From Nitrospirales bacterium (GTDB lineage: Bacteria; Nitrospirota; Nitrospiria; Nitrospirales; NS-4): a stretch of DNA of 64,000 nt. The translations under genes were made by a program, and so were the position numbers. Location of the stretch: positions 933 through 64,932 of the forward strand of contig DASXSU010000113.1 of assembly GCA_036505795.1 (NCBI GenBank), in the 5' to 3' direction. Below, piece after piece: positions 47,401 through 56,595 of the stretch. The notes under the pieces are model-generated. The model made no database searches. It was not told the origin of the DNA and saw nothing but the letters and a program-made list of their open reading frames with translations. How positions within the stretch are numbered: position 1 is the stretch's first letter; every line of letters starts with the position of its first letter.

Positions 47401-47984
47401 CAGGCCATCCGCTCGCCCGCTACGCCGAAGCCACGGCACGGTTCTCGAGTTTTCGCACCGATGTCTTGACCGAGATCGCAGATGCCAAAGAGGTGAGACT
47501 GTGCGGGATCATCGGAATGATCAGGGAAACGATGACCAAAAAAGGTGACCGGATGGCGTATCTCACCCTGGAAGACCTCCATGGCAGTGTGGAAGTGATC
47601 GTCTTCCCCGATCTCTATCAAACGGCCTCGGCCTTGATCACCGCGGAATCAGCGGTTCAGATCACCGGCACTCTGGATCGCGGCGAGAAAGCCACCCGCA
47701 TCAAGGCGACTCAGGTTGTCTCATTGGCTGACCTCATGGTGACCGGCTATTCCAGAGTCACGATTCAGGTTTCTTCGGCTGACGCTTCCTCTGACGCATT
47801 TCGCCGGCTGCGCGACGTCCTGCACCGGCATCCCGGCGCCTGCCCGGTTTATCTGGCACTCACGATTCCGGACCATTCGGAATCGCTGATCGCGGTCGGC
47901 GCGGAACTACGAGTCCTCCCCAACGACCGGCTGGTCGGCGATGTCGAAGCGCTGATCGGCAAAGGCGTCGTGTCACTGCAATAG
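44496..47984 (+). CDS. dnaE: DNA polymerase III alpha subunit
   Basis: PHP domain FVHLHVHTQYSLLDGA and polymerase core motifs along the length. Start moved to ATG 44496, downstream of the promoter. Confidence 0.9.
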   Translation: MRTPTLASPFVHLHVHTQYSLLDGANQIEALVQAAKGFGMPAVAITDHGNLFGAIDFYQKATAAGIKPIIGCEAYLAPRSRFDRESQFAHNEYYHLILLAANRTGYQNLLKLASTAYLDGFYYKPRIDKEVLGQYHEGLIALSGCLSGEVPNLIGKDRLEDAVRTAAEYRELFGAENYFLEVQENAVPEQQIANRGLREIHKRLGIPLVATNDCHYLKKEDAKIHDILLCLQTGKTVSDPNRMRFNTDQLYVKSTVEMLAAFAEWPEAVHNTSRVAEMCELSFTFGKPYLPRYRVPDGETLETYLDKLSAQGLKDRLRERPSTLPISQYERRLRDELTIITSMGFAGYFLIVWDIINFARGRGIPVGPGRGSAAGSLVAYALRITDLDPLVYGLLFERFLNPERISLPDIDMDFCMDRRQEVINYVVDKYGKDYVCQIITFGTMKARAAIRDVGRVLEMPYAEVDRIAKLVPDQLNITLDDALQAEPRLREIVETDPKVRTVFETARALENSPRHASTHAAGVVISHDPLTSHVPLFKGSKSSDEVVTQFPMGDVEKIGLVKFDFLGLKTLTMIAHAERLINAGREAADRFSTGVIPLDDAQTFALLSSGKTAGVFQLESPGMRDLLVGLRPDRFEEIIAIIALYRPGPMDLIGDFIKRKQGKIPITYEVPALQELLAETYGVIVYQEQVMAIANSVAGFSLGQADILRRAMGKKKPEEMDKLRAKFIEGAKSRGISDKKAEKLFDLIQKFAGYGFNKSHAAAYAMVTYQTAYLKTHYPKEFMAALLTSEMGNTDKVVRYITECRDLGLRVLPPDVNESEKDFSVSADAIRFGLAAIKNVGEGPIQTILDARATGGPFRSFFDFCLRVDLRKLTKRAVECLIKVGAFDSTGVRRAQLAEVLDRTADQAMAAQRAASQGQTSMFLTPESDDDTGAKPGMLLVDEYLPTASEWREEQLLAYEKELIGFYITGHPLARYAEATARFSSFRTDVLTEIADAKEVRLCGIIGMIRETMTKKGDRMAYLTLEDLHGSVEVIVFPDLYQTASALITAESAVQITGTLDRGEKATRIKATQVVSLADLMVTGYSRVTIQVSSADASSDAFRRLRDVLHRHPGACPVYLALTIPDHSESLIAVGAELRVLPNDRLVGDVEALIGKGVVSLQ

Positions 47985-47991
47985 GAGCAAC

Positions 47992-48945
47992 GTGCGCGAA
48001 TATCTCGACTTTGAAAAACCGATCGCCGAGCTCGAGGAAAAGCTCGAAAAGCTCGCCGCCACCGCGAACGGGCGGGGCGGCCGCCAGGACGATCTTAACA
48101 AGCTCAGGGCACGACTGCACCAGCTCCAGGCCGAGATCTACGCGGGGCTGTCGCCCTGGCAGCGAACGCAGGTTGCCCGGCATATCCAACGTCCGTCCAC
48201 CCTGGATTATATCGGCCGGCTATGCGACAGCTTCATCGAACTACATGGTGATCGCGCATTTGCAGACGATCATGCGATTGTCGGCGGCCTGGCCCGGTTC
48301 AACGGCCGCCCGGTCGTCGTCATCGGCCACCAGAAGGGCAAGACGTTAAAAGAGCGGATGTTTCGGAATTTCGGGATGCCGAATCCGGAAGGCTACCGCA
48401 AGGCGCTGCGGCTCATGCAGCTGGCGGAGAAATTCGGAAAACCGCTGCTGACGTTTATCGACACTCCCGGCGCCTATCCCGGCATCGGCGCCGAGGAGCG
48501 AGGCCAAGCGGAGGCCATCGCCCGCAATTTACTCGTCATGGCATCCTTAAGAGTCCCCATTGTCGCCGTGGTGATCGGCGAAGGCGGCAGCGGCGGCGCC
48601 CTGGCGATCGGAGTAGCCGACCGTTTGCTGATGCTCCAGCATGCCGTCTATTCCGTCATCTCCCCTGAGGGCTGCGCCGCGATCTTGTGGAATGACCAGA
48701 GCAAGGCCGCCGACGCCGCGGAAGCGCTCAAGATGACGGCCGACGATCTACAGAAATTCGGCATCACCGACCAGGTGATCCCCGAGCCGCTGGGGGGCGC
48801 CCACCGTGATCCAGCATTAGTCTGTAGTACGGTCAAGAAGGCGATCGAGGCCCACCTCACTGAACTGCTCGATCTCTCAACCGACGATCTCCTTAAGCAC
48901 CGCTCCGACAAGTACCGCCGCATGGGCGTGCGCGCCGAGATCTAA
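47992..48945 (+). CDS. accA: acetyl-CoA carboxylase carboxyltransferase alpha subunit
   Basis: Collinear with E. coli AccA (LDFEKPIAELE..., FIDTPGAYPGIGAEERGQAEAIA, GEGGSGGALA). GTG start follows AGGAG. Confidence 0.9.
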   Translation: MREYLDFEKPIAELEEKLEKLAATANGRGGRQDDLNKLRARLHQLQAEIYAGLSPWQRTQVARHIQRPSTLDYIGRLCDSFIELHGDRAFADDHAIVGGLARFNGRPVVVIGHQKGKTLKERMFRNFGMPNPEGYRKALRLMQLAEKFGKPLLTFIDTPGAYPGIGAEERGQAEAIARNLLVMASLRVPIVAVVIGEGGSGGALAIGVADRLLMLQHAVYSVISPEGCAAILWNDQSKAADAAEALKMTADDLQKFGITDQVIPEPLGGAHRDPALVCSTVKKAIEAHLTELLDLSTDDLLKHRSDKYRRMGVRAEI

Positions 48946-49102
48946 AAAACTGGCTGATCTGACGACTTGGCCGGTTGAACGCACCGCTACCAGGGCCGCG
49001 AAGGACTCCGACGGCGTCCTGAGCGATCTGAACTTCGGCGAAGTCTTTCCCTTCGTCGCCAAACCGCTCGCGAAAGACTATCTGGCGCGGTATGTCGGTC
49101 CA

Positions 49103-50719
49103 TTGCTGGCCTCGCAGTTTGCCGGTCTGCCCCGCGCCCATCCGCTTGCCCGTGAGCTCAATCCCATGGCCTTCGTCGCCGGCAGGCCTTACATGGATCT
49201 GTCCGCATACATCACACTGCCCGGAATTGCGCGGCATCTTGATTCGATGCCGTCCGCAGACCGCACAAAGGGAGCTGCCGTTCTCGCGTTGGCCAAGGCT
49301 GGCCGGCTACGCCCACTCCCGCTTCCCCTCCTCGTCCGCCTGTCCCTCGAGTGGGCCTATGCCTCCTACAGTCTCCGATCAGTAGGATGGCTGCTTCGGC
49401 AGGAGATGCCCGTGAAACTATTGCTGGCCTATCGCGACCGAACCGACGCATTGCGGACCCTGATCAAGCAGCCGGTTGGCGATGTCGCATCGGTTACCCT
49501 CCTCATGGACCTCGACGAAGGCTTCTACGTTACTGACGACGTGACACGTGACGGCTTACGGCATCTGAGCGTCGCCTTCTTCCTGCACGCCGCGCTTCAG
49601 CAACTCCTTACGGATCGGGCTCCGGCCGCGCTGATCCACGATCTCAGCCAGGGGATCCCGAATAACTTCACGACGGAAGTCTCGCTTGATCTGTGGCAGC
49701 TCTCCGTCGAGGGCCACTCTCTCGCCGCCCTATTTGCAGAGACGCCGCTGGATCAACTCCCCATCCGGTTACAAAGAACGGAGGAGGGACGCAGATGGTG
49801 GAGGCGATTCGAAGAGGTCCTGGATCGGCATGGACACCGCGGCGAGGTGGAATTGGACATCACGGCGCCGCGATGGAGGGAGGCACCGCGCTTTTTGCTA
49901 CAGACCATCGGCAACTATTTGCGCCACACGAACGATCAACCGACTCCGAACGACATGTTGAGAAACGGCGTCGAGCGACGAAAAGCGGCCGAACGCGCGA
50001 TTCGCGCCATGCTGCCGCGGCCCCTGCGACCGTTGTTCGAGTGGCTGTATCACCGCTATGTACTGTGGATGCCGTTTCGCGAAGCCGGCAAGTACACTTG
50101 GTTGCTGGGGCTGGAGCGCTCCCGAGCCATCTATCGGGAACTTGGGCGCCGTCTGGTGGCCGAAGGACAGCTGCGCACAACCGATGATGTCTTCTGGCTT
50201 CACCTTGACGAACTCTCGGCATGGGCGCAGACCGGCAGTGTCGGATGGTCTGCCGTGATATTGCAAGAGCGCGAGCAACAGTGGAAGGCCTGGTCGACCC
50301 TCCGGCCTCCTGCCCTCCTCATCGGAAACCACGGTGTAGAACCAACCGGGGCCACTTCTGCGGCGGGCTCTCGGGGGACGATTCTCCGCGGTACGCCGGC
50401 TTCCTCCGGGACGGCTGAAGGGATTGCCAGGGTGATGACCGACCCTCACGACGCGGATCTTCGCGCGGGTGAGATCCTTGTCACCCGCTATACGGACCCA
50501 GCATGGACCCCATTATTTTTTACGGCGGCGGCACTCATCACGGAGGTCGGGGGCGTCCTCAGTCATGGCGCCGTCGTTGCGAGGGAAATCGGCCTGCCGG
50601 CGATTGTCGGCGTTGATGAGGCCACCAGCCGCATCCGGTCCGGCCAGCGGCTGCGTGTGAACGCCACAGAGGGTACCGTCGAGCTGTTGTTGGATGTGGA
50701 GAACGTCCGGTCACCCTAA
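49103..50719 (+). CDS. PEP-utilising-enzyme mobile (swivel His) domain protein lacking the N-terminal ATP-grasp
   Basis: C-terminal GTPASSGTAEGIARV...TRYTDPAWTPLF...VGGVLSHGAVVAREIGLPAIVG is present. The frame is open back to 48950 with no ATG, GTG or TTG before TTG 49103, so the start is uncertain. Confidence 0.65.
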   Translation: MLASQFAGLPRAHPLARELNPMAFVAGRPYMDLSAYITLPGIARHLDSMPSADRTKGAAVLALAKAGRLRPLPLPLLVRLSLEWAYASYSLRSVGWLLRQEMPVKLLLAYRDRTDALRTLIKQPVGDVASVTLLMDLDEGFYVTDDVTRDGLRHLSVAFFLHAALQQLLTDRAPAALIHDLSQGIPNNFTTEVSLDLWQLSVEGHSLAALFAETPLDQLPIRLQRTEEGRRWWRRFEEVLDRHGHRGEVELDITAPRWREAPRFLLQTIGNYLRHTNDQPTPNDMLRNGVERRKAAERAIRAMLPRPLRPLFEWLYHRYVLWMPFREAGKYTWLLGLERSRAIYRELGRRLVAEGQLRTTDDVFWLHLDELSAWAQTGSVGWSAVILQEREQQWKAWSTLRPPALLIGNHGVEPTGATSAAGSRGTILRGTPASSGTAEGIARVMTDPHDADLRAGEILVTRYTDPAWTPLFFTAAALITEVGGVLSHGAVVAREIGLPAIVGVDEATSRIRSGQRLRVNATEGTVELLLDVENVRSP

Positions 50720-50736
50720 CAGAGTGACCGGACCCA

Positions 50737-50800
50737 GGGGCAAAGGAGTCTGTCCGGGGCACCCTTTGCCTTCACTTGCAAAGGGTCGATGACTCCAGGG
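50737..50800 (+). repeat. single long unit of the G-rich repeat family with central hairpin
   Basis: ggggcaaaggagtctgtccggggcaCCCTTTGCcttcacttGCAAAGGGtcgatgactccaggg closely parallels 63462-63525. It sits between convergent genes. Confidence 0.6.
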
Positions 50801-50809
50801 TTACACGAC

Positions 50810-52051
50810 TTACGGGTGCGAAGGCCTGGCGTGGGCGGGCGGTCTAGGTCTGTACCCAGCGGGCCGCCCCGGTCTGGCATTCGGTTGTCGAGGATTCGGA
50901 CTGGATGGCCGATGCGTTGAGGCCTCCGGGCTGCCCAAGGCAAGCGGAACCCGTCCCCCCAGTAATTTTTCAATCGCCCGCAGTCCGCCATGATCGTCTG
51001 AGGTCACGAAACTTGTCGCCCGGCCCAGCGCCTTCATCCGCGCCGTCCGACCGATGCGGTGGACGTAATCCTCCGGGGAATTCGGCATGTCGAAGTTGAC
51101 GACATGGCCGATATTCGCGACATCGATCCCGCGTGCCGCAATGTCCGTCGCCACCAACACCCGATAGACGCCGCGCTTGAATCCTTCCAAGGCCGCCCGT
51201 CTCTGGGACAGGCTGCGGTCGCCGTGAATGACGGCCACCCTGTGCCCGGCGCTGCCCAATGCCCGCATGAGCCGGTCGGCTCGATGTTTGGTACGGGTGA
51301 AGACGAGGACCGACTCCTGGTCCTCGGCTAATAGATTGACCAGCAGTTTAATCTTCTCGTCCTGCGTCGTATGATGCAACGCCTGAGTGACGCCGTGCGC
51401 CGCGGTGGCCGGCTTGTCCGCCATGATTCTGACCGGATCTTTCACGCTGGCGCGAGCCAAATCTTTTAGATCGGCCGGCATGGTGGCTGAGAAAAGCAGC
51501 GTTTGCCGTTCCTCCGGCAGGGCCTCCAGGATTTGGTTGATCTGCGGCGCAAACCCCATGTCCAACATGCGATCCGCTTCGTCCAGCACCAGAATCTTGA
51601 TGGAGAGCAGGCTGATCGTGCCGTTCCACATATGATCCAGCAATCGCCCTGGAGTCGCCACGATGATCTCCGGGTGCTGGCGTAGGCCGCGGACCTGCGC
51701 ATTCATGTCGGCGCCTCCCACAATCGTGGTGGCAAACACGCGGCGGCCGCGCCCGAACTTATCAATCGTCTCCTGGGTCTGAATCGCCAACTCTCGAGTC
51801 GGGGCCAAAATCAGCGCAAGGGGATGGCCCTTCGGCATGGCGGCCAACCGCTCGACCATCGGAATCACAAAGGCCGCCGTCTTACCGGTGCCGGTTTGCG
51901 CGCAGCCGATGACATCTCGGCCTAGCAGCGCAGGAGGAATGGCGCCGACCTGAATCGAAGTGGGTTCGGTAAATCCCGCCTTCGCCAGATCGCGTAAAAT
52001 CGCGTCGGATAAGCCAAGCGAGCTAAAAGTGGTATGCACAGTCGTGGGCAC
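50810..52051 (-). CDS. rhlE: DEAD-box ATP-dependent RNA helicase (RhlE-like)
   Basis: Q motif, AQTGTGKT, DEAD, SAT and HRIGRTAR motifs, plus a basic C-terminal tail. GTG start. Confidence 0.9.
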   Translation of the reverse strand: MPTTVHTTFSSLGLSDAILRDLAKAGFTEPTSIQVGAIPPALLGRDVIGCAQTGTGKTAAFVIPMVERLAAMPKGHPLALILAPTRELAIQTQETIDKFGRGRRVFATTIVGGADMNAQVRGLRQHPEIIVATPGRLLDHMWNGTISLLSIKILVLDEADRMLDMGFAPQINQILEALPEERQTLLFSATMPADLKDLARASVKDPVRIMADKPATAAHGVTQALHHTTQDEKIKLLVNLLAEDQESVLVFTRTKHRADRLMRALGSAGHRVAVIHGDRSLSQRRAALEGFKRGVYRVLVATDIAARGIDVANIGHVVNFDMPNSPEDYVHRIGRTARMKALGRATSFVTSDDHGGLRAIEKLLGGRVPLALGSPEASTHRPSSPNPRQPNARPGRPAGYRPRPPAHARPSHP

Positions 52052-52308
52052 AGAGAAATCCTTTCGTTAGGATCGCATTGTCACGGGGTCAGAGAACGAG
52101 GCAGGATCAGGTAGGAGTCCGCTCCGAACAGGACCTTGTCGCGATGCGATCGCGGGTCCGAGTGTTAATGATCGCCATCAGCCGGACCGTCACCGATGTC
52201 GATTAACACCTACTGTACAGAAAAATACCGTCGCTGTCAATTGTTGCTTTCACCAAGCTGGAACATCGGCTTAAGAGGGTATTCATGCGGTTTCTCCACC
52301 CTGGCGCA

Positions 52309-52431
52309 TTACACCGCGGACTGGCGATGGCAGCGAAGGCAACCCTCGCGCTTTGGATGCCGGGAAGAAAGCGCCTGGGTACCGCCAGGCAGTTTCCACG
52401 CTTCGAGCGGTGGTCTTATCGGGCACTGTCT
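52309..52431 (-). pseudogene. orphan 3' fragment of a dihaem cytochrome c paralog
   Basis: Reads RQCPIRPPLEAWKLPGGTQALSSRHPKREGCLRCHRQSAV* with no start codon. It aligns with the last 40 aa of the intact gene at 60372-60620. The first CxxCH is lost and the second is kept. Confidence 0.45.
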
Positions 52432-53796
52432 TTAGACAGCGACAGCTTCGCCGTTACGAAGACTATATCTCTGAATGGATTCGCGCAGGGTCTCCCGGGC
52501 AATACCAAGAGCTTCAGCAGCGCGCGTGATGTTCCAGTTCTTCCTGAGAAGAACCTGACCAATCAGCTCCTTCTCAAGTTGTTCCCTAGCCTGCCTGAGA
52601 TTCATTACCCTTTCGGTCACAGCCGGCAGATTCAAGTCGCCGACTTTAATGGCGGGTCCATGCGCCATCACAAGGGCTCGCCTAATCCGGTTCTCCAGTT
52701 CCCGGACATTGCCCGGCCAGGCATAGCGCCGGACAGCGACCCGCGCCTCATCGGCCAATCTTCTGACCTGGGGGTTGAGCTCCTCCCGGTACCGCTCCAC
52801 AAAGACTTCGGCGAGAAGGACCGCGTCATCCTCGCGGTCTCGCAAAGGCGGAACCGTAATTTCAACTACGCCCAGTCGATAATACAGATCCGCACGAAAC
52901 ATTCCCTTTGCCATAGCCCTCTGGATGTCTAAATTGGTCGCCGCGATGATCCTCGTGTCCAGTTCAATCGCCTCTCGGCCTCCCACCCGCTCCATTCGTC
53001 GATCCTGAAGGAATCGCAATAGCTTCACCTGTAGCTCCGGTTTCATTTCTCCGATTTCATCCAACAGCATGGTGCCGCCGTTCGCATACTCCAGCTTTCC
53101 TTTCTGTTGATGATGAGCGCCGGTGTATGCCCCCTTTTCGTATCCAAACAACTCGCTCTCGAGCAACGTGTCCGGAATGGCCCCGCAATTGATCGCGATA
53201 AACGGACGGTCCGTGCGGGGGCTCTGATGGTGAATCGCCCGGGCGACCAACTCCTTTCCAACGCCGCTTTCGCCCCCGATCAGAACCGGCAGATCGGTCG
53301 CTGCGACCCGTTTGATCGTCTCGAACACCTGTTGCATGGGCGGACTCGCTCCCATGAGTCCCTGAACCATTCGTGTCGTCCAAGGCACTGGGTTTTCTCG
53401 ATTTTCTTTTTCCAGTCCATACAAATAATCTGCTCGGTCGAGAATGACATTGAGGGCTTGAATCTGGATAGGCTTCTCCATGAAATCGTAGGCGCCGCGT
53501 CGGATGGCATGAAGGGCATTGCTGCGGCCGGCCTGTCCGGTAAGCACCACGATCTTGGCGAAGCGGTTCAGTCTGAGAAGCTCTTCTAACAAGGCCAGCC
53601 CCACGGTAGAAGTCCCTGGGTCGGGTGGAAGACCGAGATCAAGCGTGATCAACGGAGGTCGTTCCCGTTTGACGATCTCGACAGCCTCCTCCGGCGCGGC
53701 AGCCAAATGGATCTCGTAGCATTCTTTGAACGCCCATTTCATCTGATCTTGAATCTCCGGGTCGTCATCCACTACCAATAATTTTTCTTTCCCCAT
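52432..53796 (-). CDS. prsR: sigma-54-dependent response regulator, PEP-CTERM-box regulator (PrsR)-like
   Basis: REC domain with LLVVDDDPEIQDQMKWAF and ITLDLGLPPDPGT matches my recollection of the PrsR family hallmark. AAA+ domain (GESGVGKE, GAYTGA) and Fis-type HTH are present. GGAGGGG precedes ATG 53796. No adjacent PrsK-type kinase. Confidence 0.8.
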   Translation of the reverse strand: MGKEKLLVVDDDPEIQDQMKWAFKECYEIHLAAAPEEAVEIVKRERPPLITLDLGLPPDPGTSTVGLALLEELLRLNRFAKIVVLTGQAGRSNALHAIRRGAYDFMEKPIQIQALNVILDRADYLYGLEKENRENPVPWTTRMVQGLMGASPPMQQVFETIKRVAATDLPVLIGGESGVGKELVARAIHHQSPRTDRPFIAINCGAIPDTLLESELFGYEKGAYTGAHHQQKGKLEYANGGTMLLDEIGEMKPELQVKLLRFLQDRRMERVGGREAIELDTRIIAATNLDIQRAMAKGMFRADLYYRLGVVEITVPPLRDREDDAVLLAEVFVERYREELNPQVRRLADEARVAVRRYAWPGNVRELENRIRRALVMAHGPAIKVGDLNLPAVTERVMNLRQAREQLEKELIGQVLLRKNWNITRAAEALGIARETLRESIQRYSLRNGEAVAV

Positions 53797-53850
53797 GTTC
53801 CCCTCCACGTCTGCTGTGTCAGCGTACCGGCTGCCTTACGTCTCAGTCTC

Positions 53851-54087
53851 TTAGGATCGTCCAAAACGCGGTCCCGACTGGTCGATGACTTCTTGGAGAA
53901 TCTCGAATAACTTCCGGGCGCAGTCCGGGGACATCACAATCCTCGTATGAAATGTTTTTCTGAACTCGTCATAGCACTGGCCGAAATCAAAGAGAAACTC
54001 AAAAGCGTTATGTCCCACCTCTACATAATTGGCGTATCGGGCTTCAAGCGACTTGGCATCCTCGAATCCCCCATTCTCCTGATTCAT
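53851..54087 (-). CDS. DUF3467-like small protein
   Basis: 78 aa. YANYVEVGHNAFEFLFDFGQ resembles the DUF3467 core. Confidence 0.6.
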   Translation of the reverse strand: MNQENGGFEDAKSLEARYANYVEVGHNAFEFLFDFGQCYDEFRKTFHTRIVMSPDCARKLFEILQEVIDQSGPRFGRS

Positions 54088-54433
54088 CTGAGGTCCTTGG
54101 TCTTCGGTCCTTCCAAAAGCCGCAGCGAATCACTACGCAACGTTCGCGCCAACTTTTGCCTTCAGCGTCTCTTCAGCAGAAAAGTCTTGCTAAACAATCG
54201 GATTTCCCGTGTTGCAACAGGCAGGTCTTCGCATTTGCTCAGGGAAGTGTCACAGCGGTTGTGAGACGGGTCACGAACTTTTGTGCGCAACATTAAGTAC
54301 CCGGGAAGGGCCGAAGAAACGGTGGCGCAGTGGCACCGACAGGAAGTCCGCAGGCGTCACATCAGGGCGTGACACAACCGTCACGATGTAACAGCTCTAA
54401 CGCTCACGCATCTGAAAGCAAAGCCTGTCCCAG

Positions 54434-54448
54434 TGGCAGACTTCCTGC
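54434..54448. promoter_or_regulatory. palindromic sigma-54-type -24/-12 element (copy 1)
   Basis: TGGCAGACTTCCTGC lies inside TGGCAG-N5-CTGCCA, so it fits TGG-N9-TGC spacing on both strands. Confidence 0.4.
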
Positions 54449-54821
54449 CAGTTACAAATGTCTCATCGACCTGAACGGCTTCGTATTTCGTCTCAATAAC
54501 TTAGAGAACTGGGCTGTTAGGGTAGACGCTCGGCAGGTGGTAAGTCTTCCGCCACTAGAATTCCACTTGTGTCTTGTCTCTATTGGATTTTCAATGCCTT
54601 CTAATTAGCACATGAATTGCGTGACCTAAACGGAGCAGGAACAACAGCCCGCTCGTAGTGTCAGGATTTCCCTGACAGACACGTTCTGGGGGAATGCAAT
54701 GAGTGCAATGATTTCGCCTTGGCTGCCCATGACGGGCGCAGAGCTTCGTAATAGTACCCTTCACTTGGGCTGCCGAGTCCGGACCGATAGTGCATTTTTT
54801 CGCTTAAAAGGAGAAAGGACG

Positions 54822-55016
54822 ATGAGACCAACATCCCTCATTTCATTGGCGATAACGTTCGCGAACCTTCGCCCAGAACCAGGAACTTTGGTGCCCTTCG
54901 GGAGGGGCCTCCTCACCCTCCTTGGTTATGACTTGAGACGCAGGCCTCGGTCGGCGAAACGGTCGGAGAGCGGAAGCACGCTCGCCGTCCAGTCCGTCGA
55001 TCGTGCGTCTCAGTAA
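54822..55016 (+). CDS. 64-aa ORF: signal-like N-terminus fused directly to a degenerate PEP-CTERM tail
   Basis: AAAAGGAGAAAGG precedes the ATG. The product is MRPTSLISLAITFANL-RPEPGTLVPFGRGLLTLLGYDLRRRPR. It may be a relic rather than a functional gene. Confidence 0.35.
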   Translation: MRPTSLISLAITFANLRPEPGTLVPFGRGLLTLLGYDLRRRPRSAKRSESGSTLAVQSVDRASQ

Positions 55017-55032
55017 TTTCACACGCAATCCA

Positions 55033-55173
55033 GTGCCCGAGCTGTCGACCTGGATCCTGTTGAGGTCTGGTGTTTCAGGATTATTGCTGTGGCGGGGGCG
55101 ACGGCGTATCGCCATTCTGATTCCAATAAGTTTAGTAGTGGCAAGAGCCTTATTGCCGACTGACGGAAGGTGA
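55033..55173 (+). pseudogene. frame-shifted PEP-CTERM tail relic
   Basis: The next frame reads VPELSTWILLRSGVSGLLLWRGRRR. No usable start, and a stop lies upstream at 54934. Confidence 0.35.
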
Positions 55174-55400
55174 GCTGTCATGGACTTCCCTCATCTCATC
55201 TCCTGCCTTGTGATCCGCTTTGGAGCGTGTCGGAGAGAAAGATCGTCTCTTTGTTGGCGGGTCATCGCTACTGGCTTCGTGTCCAGGGGCATCAGCCTGA
55301 AAAGGTCGCCATGCTGTTCAGGTCATGAGAGTCTCGTCGTTCATACACCTCTTGACACGATCCATCAGGTGGACTGAATCACGACCAAAGGAGCAAATCC

Positions 55401-56453
55401 ATGAACTTCGTAACAAGCTTCCGCACCTGCAGTCTTCGTCCCCTCCTTATCACTATCTGCCCGGTTTTCGTCGGCGTTCTGTTGATGGCTGACCCTTCAC
55501 GGGCAGACAGTATTGCCGTTGCATTAGACCCGACCAAAAGCAGTAAGCTCAAGGGTTCAATCCCGGGCGATTTCACCCAAAACGAAGCCTCAATTACCTA
55601 TCACTGGGAAGGGTCTTCGCCGGGGGTTGCGCTGCAGACTTTCGATCCAGCTCCCACGACCTTCAAACTCGGCACGGGCAGTTTTGGAACCCCGACTGGG
55701 AGGCTTGCCGACCAGTTCCAAAGCAGCCGTTGGGAGATACAAGGGAAAATCAATAGGGGGAACACAATCTTTGTCAATCCAATACCAGGATTTACCGGGC
55801 CTGGTTTTTTCGCTGCCGATGCCGATCTTGACATCAAACCCGGCACATCCCTCGCTAGGACGGCCTTCAAGGTGGCGGGTGGATTTGACGGCGGCACCGT
55901 CAAGATCACCGGCGAGAACACGAAGGATGATGCATTTGTCGAAAGTGATTTTGATACGGTATCTCACGCCAGCGGAAGCCTGATTTTTGCGCTCGGTGGG
56001 GCGACCGCTCTCGATGTGGAAACACTCCTGCAAGCGCAGCTTGGGGCAACCGCGTCGCTCCTGGACGACGGCCCGAATGCCGGCCTCAGCCTTCTCGCAG
56101 CACCGGGGCAGCTTGCTGCGTTCTCGGTCGTCGCCACGGATGCGAAAGACCCAAGCCAGTCGTTTAGGTGGTCGGCGACGTTTAATGGAGTCGGCCGACC
56201 AATGACAGCAGCCAATGGGGTGACTGATCCCGGTAGCTTCTTCACGCCGGTCCCCGGCGGATGGTTCCTGCCGTTTGACGCGATGCCCGGGCACGATTTG
56301 ACCGCAGACCTCGGTAGCGGAGACCTTCAATTCACAGGAGTTGCCTCTGTGGACATATCTTCTGTTCCAGAACCCTCTACGCTACTTTGCTTTACCACTG
56401 GGCTCGCGATGGTCTTCAGTTACGCGTGGCGACATAGGAAGCAGAGTGTCTGA
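55401..56453 (+). CDS. PEP-CTERM sorting-domain secreted protein
   Basis: AAGGAG precedes the ATG and a signal peptide is present. The C-terminus is VPEPSTLLCFTTGLAMVFSYAWRHRK. Confidence 0.8.
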   Translation: MNFVTSFRTCSLRPLLITICPVFVGVLLMADPSRADSIAVALDPTKSSKLKGSIPGDFTQNEASITYHWEGSSPGVALQTFDPAPTTFKLGTGSFGTPTGRLADQFQSSRWEIQGKINRGNTIFVNPIPGFTGPGFFAADADLDIKPGTSLARTAFKVAGGFDGGTVKITGENTKDDAFVESDFDTVSHASGSLIFALGGATALDVETLLQAQLGATASLLDDGPNAGLSLLAAPGQLAAFSVVATDAKDPSQSFRWSATFNGVGRPMTAANGVTDPGSFFTPVPGGWFLPFDAMPGHDLTADLGSGDLQFTGVASVDISSVPEPSTLLCFTTGLAMVFSYAWRHRKQSV

Positions 56454-56580
56454 AACGGCCGAGGAAATAGCAGTACGAAGGAGGCGGGGCACCCGGCAGA
56501 CATCACATCGGTGCGTGTCGGGCCTGTCAAGGCGTGACAGCTCGGATCCTCACACACGCCGGAAGAAAAGTTCGTCTCAC

Positions 56581-56595
56581 TGGCAGATTTCCTGC
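56581..56595. promoter_or_regulatory. palindromic sigma-54-type -24/-12 element (copy 2)
   Basis: TGGCAGATTTCCTGC lies within the 8-bp-arm palindrome ACTGGCAG-atttc-CTGCCAGT (56579-56599). Confidence 0.4.

Noticed and set aside
52285-52932. 215-aa + strand ORF, and 53107-53589
   Set aside because: Both are antisense to the PrsR-like regulator gene and neither has motifs.
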